The notes beneath the pieces are model-generated. The model did not search any database and was not told the origin of the DNA. It saw nothing but the letters and a program-made list of their open reading frames with translations. From Octopus bimaculoides (taxonomy: Eukaryota): a stretch of 34,928 nucleotides of DNA. Location of the stretch: positions 9,800,293 to 9,835,220 of the forward strand of contig NC_069010.1 in NCBI RefSeq assembly GCF_001194135.2. The letters are read 5' to 3'. This document shows positions 1-27,300 of this stretch, in pieces. Numbering within the stretch: the stretch's first letter is position 1; each line of letters begins with the position of its first letter. The translations under genes and the position numbers were made by a program.

Positions 1-2
1 AA

Positions 3-230
3 ATAGAGAAGCTGAAACAGGACATAAACAGTTTCCGCTACGATGTGGTGAACAGGTTCGATCTGCTGGAAGAGATGCAAGCGAGGACACACCAAGCACT
101 GACGGGGGAGGAGGCGTGCGAGGTGACGAGGAGGTGGAGGAAGAAGAGTAGCAGGAGGAGGAAGAAACGAAAGGACAGCAGCGGCAGCGACAGGTCGGCC
201 CAATGTGCCGATGGGGACCAACAGGAGTGA
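3..230 (+). CDS. 3' terminal coding exon (5'-partial) of a TRPC-family transient receptor potential channel
   Basis: Frame 3 reads IEKLKQDINSFRYDVVNRFDLLEEMQ...RRWRKKSSRRRKKRKDSS...QQE*. KQDINSFRYD matches the C-terminal coiled-coil motif K-Q-D-I-S-S-F/L-R-Y/F-E of TRPC/TRP-gamma channels (recalled family motif). Only about 76 codons are visible, so the paralog cannot be named. Confidence 0.7.
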   Translation: MEKLKQDINSFRYDVVNRFDLLEEMQARTHQALTGEEACEVTRRWRKKSSRRRKKRKDSSGSDRSAQCADGDQQE

Positions 231-689
231 GAGAGATGGGAAGGTGGGGGGGAGCATTTAGACTGCAGCAGAAATGTAGTAGAAGTAGTAGTAGTAGTAT
301 TAGTGGTGGTGGTGGTGATGGTAGTTGTAGCTACAACTGTTACAGGTTTGATCATTGAAGATTGACCTGGGACTAAGAAACCACAAAATATTGCATTTCT
401 AAATCTCTCAGGGAGAGATTTATACTGTAGCAACACGATAAAGGGATGGCTTGTTGCAAATAAGCATCGACAGCCAGCAAGCCAAGCTACTCCAGGCTGA
501 TGAAGAGCAATAATTCTGGTCTCTGGATGCTGGGTGGAAGTGTTTATTTCTCCTGTTTGAAAACTTAAGGACACAGAACACTTGTGTCACATAGCCAACT
601 GGAAACGGTGTTTCCTGGGGCTAAATAACAGTAGTATTCTTCCCTTTCCTGGGACTGCCACATTAAGTTGGCAACAAACCATGACTGTA

Positions 690-970
690 TAAAAAAAAAT
701 ATTATAAAAATAGTAATTTTTTTTTAATTTACACACTGTGAATGGCCATGGAGATCCAGTAGAGTAACATAGACGAAGAAATGGTTGAAAGCCACTACGC
801 TACACTACACAAATCACTTGATCTGCTAGAAATCACTCAAACCATATTCCTGATGTGTTAAAGAAACGACTACGTTAAATGGTGGAGATCAGTGGTTTCT
901 CAACCATTTTTTCGCCTGTGGAATCCCACCGATTCCTATTTTAGACTCTCATAGTCATTCATATTCTCTT
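690..970. mobile_element. Possible hAT/Charlie-type MITE ends
   Basis: AATGGTTGAAAGCCACT at about 780-796 and CAGTGGTTTCTCAACCATT at about 889-908 resemble CAGTGGTTCTCAA-type termini. A similar end lies at about 2254-2270. Confidence 0.35.
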
Positions 971-1093
971 ACAATTAAATATTATCAGGAATTACCGAAG
1001 AAAAACATTTTGTGTATTGTAAAGAACAGATTGACAAGAACAATTGTATTGATGACAACAGTAACAAGTCCTCCCACCACCACTTGTTTAGTC

Positions 1094-1099
1094 AATAAA
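1094..1099 (+). terminator. Candidate polyadenylation signal of the TRPC-like gene
   Basis: AATAAA followed by a T/GT-rich stretch (1111-1150). Confidence 0.35.
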
Positions 1100-1641
1100 A
1101 TATATTGTAAGTTAATAGTTTCTTATTGTTTTATTTCAGTGTTTGTCACATTCACTTCTAAATACTTTGGCCGTCTGTCTGTCCGTCTCTTACTGTTTGT
1201 TATATACTCTTTCTTTACCCCCTCTCTCACCTTCTTCCAATCAGCCTTTCGACTTCTCTCTCTCTCTCTCTCTCTCTCACTTTCTCTCTCTTCTCATACA
1301 CCCTCCGCCTCTTTTTTTGATTTCTGTGCATTTCCTCTCTCTCTCTCACACATGCATACACTTCTTTCTCATCTGGATTTGAAGATGGAAACTGAAAGAA
1401 GCTCATTGTGTATATATATGTGTCCACCATTGTTTGGCAACTGATGTTGGTGTGTTTTACATCCCCGTAACTTAGTGGTTCAGCAAAACAGAACGATATA
1501 AGTATCAGGCTTACAAAGAATAAGTCCTGGGGTTGATGTCTTTGACTAAAGGCACTGCTCCAGCATGGCCGCCATCCAAACGACTGAAACAAATAAAAGA
1601 ATAAGAGATTTAGACTTTTTGTTTTTTTTAAATTAAAAAAA

Positions 1642-1647
1642 TTTATT
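1642..1647 (-). terminator. Candidate proximal AFG3L2 polyadenylation signal
   Basis: AATAAA on the minus strand just after the stop; a second one lies at 1130-1135. Confidence 0.35.
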
Positions 1648-1673
1648 TTAAACTAAATTCTTTACAATTCTCA

Positions 1674-20086
<18,413 letters not shown>

Positions 20087-21271
20087 GTGTGTATGCCGGG
20101 TTATGTACTACCGTGAAGACGATCCAACAGCCTCTCTTTCTCTCTGTGATGTTTGTCGATATTTCACAGAAGAAGCCAGACTGTCCTTGAGTCTTATATA
20201 ATCATGACGGCTTGCGATGTGCTTTTCTCTCTGAGTGTGAGTGATGTTTGAGTTAAGACATGCCGTGTGTGTGTGTGTTCGTAATGTAGAGCTAGGCGTT
20301 GAATTGGTCGTTTGTGTCGGTGGTTATTTCGTATTTCGAGGCGACGGGGGAGAAGAAAGAAAAAGTTAAAACGAAAAGTTCTGTGAGGTGAGAATAATAA
20401 AAAAAAAACAAACAAATCGAATAAAGATAACACATATTTATTTATTTACTAATTTGCACAAGCGCGCACGCGCACATGTATTCATTTGCATACCTGCACT
20501 CACACACGCGCGCACTTGTTGTAGGATCGACTACTCACGACTAGCTAGCGCGGACGCGCGACTGCACGTTGGGAACAACTCTGCTTTAGTAGTACCGCAC
20601 ATGTCGAAAGCTATTAATCGTGTCACTCTTACTGTACATAAATAAACACACACACACACATCTATACATACATATAGCATTCTGTAGCAGATAATAATAA
20701 TAATAAAGACAGCATGTCTATTTCTCCATTTAATTCGACTGTGATTGCACCTTATCAACAGAACAGAAAACAGGACTCTATTTGATTTGTAAAAGGTTGA
20801 TAGTTGCAATAGAGACATTAGTCTCTCTCTATCACCTTTCAACATAATTATATATGAAGAAACAGTAGAACAATTAACAACATAATAAAAATAAGTTGTA
20901 TTTTTGATGATGATCCCGTGTTATTCAGCTTAGCAGCCGCTGATTGATTTTTATTTGGTATCGGAAGGTTAAGAGCTTCCTTGATGTATGCCAGACGAGC
21001 AAGTAGCTATCAAATCGATGGCATCGTGGTGAAGAGTGCCTCGTTGAGGAGCAAGATGTCACGCCGAAGGTGTAGTGCTCAAGAGGTTTAGAAAGTGAAA
21101 CAAACTCTTTGATTACTAGTTTTACTACGCATGCGCACTCGAGGGGCTTCCGGAAAGGCAAGTCCCTTGCGCACATGCAGATAGTACGTCCTCAACGGCG
21201 GCTATAATTTTGCGCCCCTACATATTATAAATAAACAACATCGCCATCAGGAAGCCACAACAATCGATAAC
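20087..21271. promoter_or_regulatory. Divergent (bidirectional) promoter region between AFG3L2 and NOP9
   Basis: Start codons face away from each other, 1185 bp apart. The region is visibly CpG-rich and free of SINEs. NRF1 consensus CGCGCACGCGCA at 20463-20474, one-mismatch TACGCATGCGCA at 21126-21137, and ETS core CTTCCGG at 21147-21153. Confidence 0.7.
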
Positions 21272-21386
21272 ATGATCAAGAAAGCGTCGATGTCTCAGAA
21301 AGCGTCGATGTCTCAGAAAGCGTCGTTGTCTTATTATAAAAGGGCTATCAACAGTTTCAGACAGGAAACCTGTGCCGAAAACAAAA
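21272..21386 (+). CDS. NOP9: NOP9 exon 1
   Basis: MIKKASMSQKASMSQKASLSYYKRAINSFRQETCAENK A|gtaagt. In-frame TAG at 21182 and no upstream in-frame ATG. Confidence 0.85.
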
Positions 21387-24300
21387 GTAAGTGTGAGGCC
21401 TTCGTTCATTTTCTTTCGTTCTCTCTTTCATTCATTCTTTATTCTTTCTCTTTGTGGTGCATCCGTTTTCCCTTAGTGTCTAATTCCAATGTCTACCGAA
21501 TCGTGATCACGCCGGATAAAACGATCAACTGCATTTCTTCCGACTTAACGTACTGAGTTCAGTTTTCGTCGATGCCGACTTTACCTTTTATCCTTCCGAT
21601 GTCGATAAACTAAGTACCAGTCCAAGTGCTGGGGTTCATAACCCATGTGCCGATAGCAGAAAGTATTATTATTGTTGTTCGGTAGTTTTATTTTCATATC
21701 GTGCTTTCACTTCACTACCGAGCGTAGGTCTGTGTGCCTTGGGTATGTGCTGTGGTTTGCTGTGATGCTCTTATGGTTACTGTAATGAAGGTGTTTTGCG
21801 TATTATTATTATTATTATGTGTGTATAATTCGGTGAGCTGGCAGAATCATTAGCACGCCGGACAAAATGGTTCCCAGTATTTCTTCCGTCTTTATGATCT
21901 AAGTTCAAATTCCGTCCCAAGTCGACTTTGCCTTTTATCCTTTTGGGCTCGATATAATGAGTACCAGTCATGTACTGGGTCGATAAGCACCTCCCCTCTC
22001 CAAAATGCGAAGCCTTGTAGAAAGGATTAATACAATTGTTATTGCGTCCTATCGTCTACTTGTTTACATCACTGCGGCCACGGTGCAATACCATCTTGAA
22101 GGGTTTTAGTTGAACAAATTGACCCCAGACATATGTATTGGGATGGGGCAAAACCAGGTGTTTTTACTGCATTTTTGACTTTGAGCAAAAATATAAACGA
22201 CGGGCTTCTTTCAGTTTCCGTCTACCAAATCCACTCACAAGGCTTTGGTCAGCCCGAGGCTATAGTAGAAGACACACTTGCCCAAGGTGCCATGCAGTGG
22301 GACTGAACCCGGAACCATGTGGTTTGTTAAGCAAGCTACTTACCACACAGCCACTCCTGCGCCTATGTGTGTGTGTATAATTATGTAAATAATCTTGTCT
22401 TTTTAGGTATTTTCTTGCTCAATGTCCTCCGCCAGTTGAAGACAGAACTCAGTGTGTGCCAGAACCAGACTGTAAGTCACTATGTGGAGACATTCTTGAA
22501 GAGTGCTGAGCCAAAGCATCTGTTTTTTATGTGGGAGATGATACGCTCCAATTGGATGGAGTTCTGCACCGACCGTTGTGCAAGCCACGTCCTGCATAAA
22601 ACCCTCCTGTTGCTGCCGGCCACATTTGATGTTGACCCGGCAGAGCTCCACGTCGACGACGAAGAGGAGATCAAGAGCTATGCAGAAGACGACGCTGTCG
22701 GTGATGACGATGGTGGTGGTGGTAAGATAAAATGCAAGAAGAAGGCAGGGTCAAAAAAGGAATCGGTGTCAGCACGTGAATCGTTTCTACAGTTCTGTGA
22801 GTTCCTTGATGACAACATCGAGACATTCATTACCGATGTCTATGCCAGTCACATCGTCCGTGTCTCACTTCATGTCTTGGCCAATAAATCGGTGAAAGAT
22901 ACGACCACCACCAAGGGACATAAGTTTCAAAAAGGTAAATTTAAAATTTTTATTCACACATAGTGTATCTAGGACTACATTATATAATGTGTCCTTTTTT
23001 TGTTATCTAATATGCCCTTGATGCTTAGCCCTGCGTTGCTCCCAATCTAGCAGAGACCTTTGATAAAAAAATTGGCCCAGCCATGACCATCCTGTCTTTT
23101 ATTCACCAACCTTCCCTCTGTTGGGTTGACATTTGACAGACTCTGTATCTCCTATTCATTCTCTTCATTTAGCACCCATTTATAGTGGCATCTCCAAGTC
23201 TCTCTCTCTGCAGCATCATTAAATGCAATTGAGCCATCGTCCAGGCAGACTCATTTCTCTCCTATGACATCACAATTTTCTCTCACACACTGTTCTTGCA
23301 ATTCAAAACACTTCAAGACTCTGGTCCTTATGGCGCAGAACATTGGCAAATTTCTTCTTATCTGCTTCCCCTCTGGCTGAAGTTAAGCCATCTTTAGCAA
23401 GGTAAGGCTTACCATACATTGAGCAACTGAAGGATACTACCTTTCTGTGTTTAGCCAGGTGTTCATTTTACCTTAGTTCTCTTCTCATTTCTGCATATCT
23501 TTGTTTTCTTCGTAATCCTTTACTTCCAGACCAACCCCCAGCTCATAGAATACAAATATTAAATGACAATAATGCTGTTGGTGATTAATCAATATTAACG
23601 AACGAGGGACAATGCTCGAATGCTCATAAGCCTTTTCATAAATTTCAGACGCAAAAGATTTCCAACTGAAAATTGCAGATGATGACGAGAATTTCATAAA
23701 ATGTTTTTTAAAAATATCGAAACATATTTGCGCATTGGAGAACATATACTGTAAGTATATATACCCTGTTTGAGAGTGTATAGTTATTCTTTTACTTGTT
23801 TCAGTCATTTGACTGCGGCCATGCTGGAGCACCACCTTTAGTAAAACAAATCAACCCCTGAGCTTATTCTTTGTAAGCCTAGTACTTGTTCTGTTGGTCT
23901 CTTTTGCCGAACTGCTAAGTTACGGGGACGTAAACACACCAGCATTGATTGTCAAGCAATGTTTGGGGGACAAACATATACACACACATACATGCATATA
24001 TATATAATAATATTAGGGACAAAATCCAAAATTACAGGTAAAAACTCAATTAAAATCAATTTATAAAAAATTAAAATTAAATTGAGCTTTACATATATAC
24101 TCATTTATTGTGCTTTTAATTATTAATTTTTCTATATGTGATAGTGGATTTTCATCGATGAGTTCATGAAACTTGGTTCTTTTCCCTAAAACTATATATA
24201 TATATGTTAATTCTCTAAATGAAGTATTAACAATAGCTGCACGATAAAGTGTAGTATATTGCCACTTAAGTGTGGCTGACCCCTAGGGGTGGATGTTACT

Positions 24301-27300
24301 GTTGCTTTTAGCAATGTATATAATGTATACACACATTATATAATTTTCTCGCACCGTCTCCAATGAAGGGATATATAAAATATCCCGGAAACAGCTGTAA
24401 GACCTTCTCTTTATAAATGTTCTGAAATCTTTCACAGCCTTGGACTTTTATCTCATTCTGTTAAATTTATATATATATATATATATACACACATACATAT
24501 ACGACGGGCTTCTTTCAGTTTCCGTCTACCAAATCCACTCACAAGGCTATAGTAGGACTGAACCCGGAAGCAACCTACTTACATCCTTATCGTCTGTCTA
24601 ATGTACCACAGTACCATATTCTGTTTCAATGTACCCACCCCCCCACCTCAATTCGATGTTTTCCTCTGCTAAGCCCCCCCTTTTTTCTAATTTTCTTTTC
24701 AAGCATTTTTCACACACGAATTAGCCAATCCAGTCATTCAGGTTTTAGTGCATCTCACGATGGAACTGGATCAGGACGTTGGTAAAAAACTGTGTAGCAG
24801 AATCATCAAATTGTGTGGATTTCTAGACATTCCCCCCATCGATCCGGACACGGCACTTATAGATCCCTCCAGGTAAGCTATCGTCCCTTGATACTGTGTT
24901 ATTTCTTTACTACCCACAAGGGGCTACACACATAGGAGACAAACGGATTAAGTCGATTATATCGACCCCAGTGTGTAACTGGTACTTATTTAATCGACCC
25001 CGAAAGGATGAAAGGCAAAGTCGACCTTGGCAGAATTTGAACTCAGAACGTAGCGGCAGACGAAATACCGCCAAGCATTTCGCCCGGCGTGCTAACGTTT
25101 CTGCCAGCTCGCCGCCTTGTGGACTGAGATCCCTATTGACAGCTCCTTGACAAGTGTTTCAGACTTTGGCACAAGGCCTGCAATTTTGGGTGAGGTTGGT
25201 AATTCGATTACATCACCCCCACCCACCCCCAGTGCTTGGCTGGTACTAATTTTATTGACTTTGAAAGGATAAAAGGCGAAATCAACCATCTTGTCCCTAG
25301 CTTATTCCTAGGGCGCAATAGGCTTTCTGCCAGTTGGTTCCTCATGAAGAATTGGTTTTTCGATTCTAATCCCTTTTCTCCAGCACCACATCTGTAACTG
25401 CTCAGTGTGGACAACTCGAGGCTTGACCTAACGAGACTCCCTACGATGATGACCATTCTTGGTCTGCCCTTAGGGTTCTTGTGATTCCGTTCCTGTGACA
25501 TTCTAACCTCACGTCTGTAGACCCAGAGCTGTGACTTCTCAATGCAGCACAGAAGTTGGGGCCCAACCTGCAGAGACTTCCTGAGACTATGGATGTTATC
25601 CGCCCACTTAGTTCTTGGTCTACCCCGGGGTCTCCTGTCAGTTGGCTGGGTTTCAGAGTCTGTCCTATGAATCCTTCCTGTGACATTCTAATCACAGCTC
25701 CATGGTACCAGAGCTGTGACCTCTCAATGTCAAGAGGTAGCAGCTTGACCTGGAGAAACTCCTTGAGACTTTGGATAATTATCCAACCATGTCGTTCTTG
25801 GTCTACCCCCAGGTCTGCTGCTGGTTGGCCCAGCTTGAAGGAAAGGGCTTGTGATTCTATCATGTGGCATTCTAACCACACACACAGACGGCATCTAAGA
25901 AATGGTCTTGGTGATGGTAGGGCTGATGATGATGATGATTATAAAACAATTGTGGTGATGATGGTGGTAGTGGTTGTGACGATGATGATGATGATGATGA
26001 TCTATTTGCAGGTTGCCAGATCTGATGATGAATCCTGTGGCCAGTTATCTTGCTGAGGAGCTGTTACGAAGCTGTACGAACAATGTCTACCTGACGTGGT
26101 ACGAATGTTCCTTCAAGGAGCGGCTGGTAGCTTACGCCGTCAACGGTGCGTCCAGCTACGTCCTTCATCACGTCATTGACCGCTGTGTCAACAAAGGCAT
26201 GGTGAGTCACCTGACCGAACAACAGGCAATTCTTTATCATTTCTTTCTCTTTCAGCCATGCTGGAGCACTGCTTCGAAGAGTTATTTTAGTCAAACAAAA
26301 TCAACACCGATACTTATTTTTGTTCTTTAAAGCCTGGTACTTATTCTGCTGGTCTTGTTTACCAAACTGCTAAGTTACGAGGGCACAAACAAACCAACAC
26401 CAGTTGTGATGTCTCTCAACACAGGTACAAACATAAACGTGAAGACAACTGCTGGCAACTTATTTTCCCGTCTTCTATGGGTAAATATTCAGTCTTTCTG
26501 CTGTTTTCACACCTTTACTGTGTTCGAAATTTCCTGTCTTCTCTGTAAAATACCAAACACATTTAATGCTTTCAAAGTTTCTTTACAAACTGTTGCCGCA
26601 TTCGAAAAAACTATTATTTAGCTTTGAAGTCGACGGTAAAGAAAGTAAATTTCAAACGCAGTAAACCTATGAAAACAGCAGAAAGATTGTGTATTTACTC
26701 TTATGAGACAAGAAATTTGCCAACAGCCAACTTTCATATGGATGTCGTCGTAGTGTTGGTTTGTTTATACCCTCGTTATTTAGCCGTTTGGTATTTGAGG
26801 GGGGGTGGAGGTGCAATGGCCCAGTGGTTAGGGCAGCGGACACGTGGTCATAGGATCGCGGTTTCCTCGCTATATTTTTCTATCTTCTATGAGTATTTAC
26901 CAGATTTTCTCAGCTGAGGAGCAAACATCTTAACCACATAACCATGCTTGCTCCTATTTGAAAATTTTTGTTACTTTATTTATTAACTAATTAACGATAA
27001 TTTATTAATTAATCATTGCAGCTGAAGGTGATCTATGCTGAGCTGGAACCCTACATTGAAGACATCCTGGCACTTAATCAAATGGGAGTCATCAAAAGTT
27101 TGGCAAACATCTGCCAAAAATTTGGTTGCAAACAGAAGAAATTTGTTAATGTGAGTAAAATATCATCACACCCTGTAACGGCCTTTTTCTCCTTGGCCAG
27201 CAGCTGTTTTTTTCCCATTTGCTGACCCCTAGAAAGTATAAAAATGGATAATATTTGCCTCAAACTTTGCTTTTGTTACAATATTTATTTATCCCTCTCG

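Noticed and set aside
400-422. 10-bp stem-loop TAAATCTCTC-AGG-GAGAGATTTA in the TRPC 3' UTR
   Set aside because: A single short hairpin is expected by chance in 35 kb and has no recognisable motif.
38-574. 178-aa minus-strand ORF
   Set aside because: Antisense to the TRPC-like exon and runs through a (GTA/GTG)n repeat; no recognisable domain.
24010-24450. Penelope-like terminal repeat fragments
   Set aside because: Only short suggestive motifs (GATGAG..CATGAAAC; GAAGGG..CCGGAAACAGCTG) with no ORF or second copy in the window.
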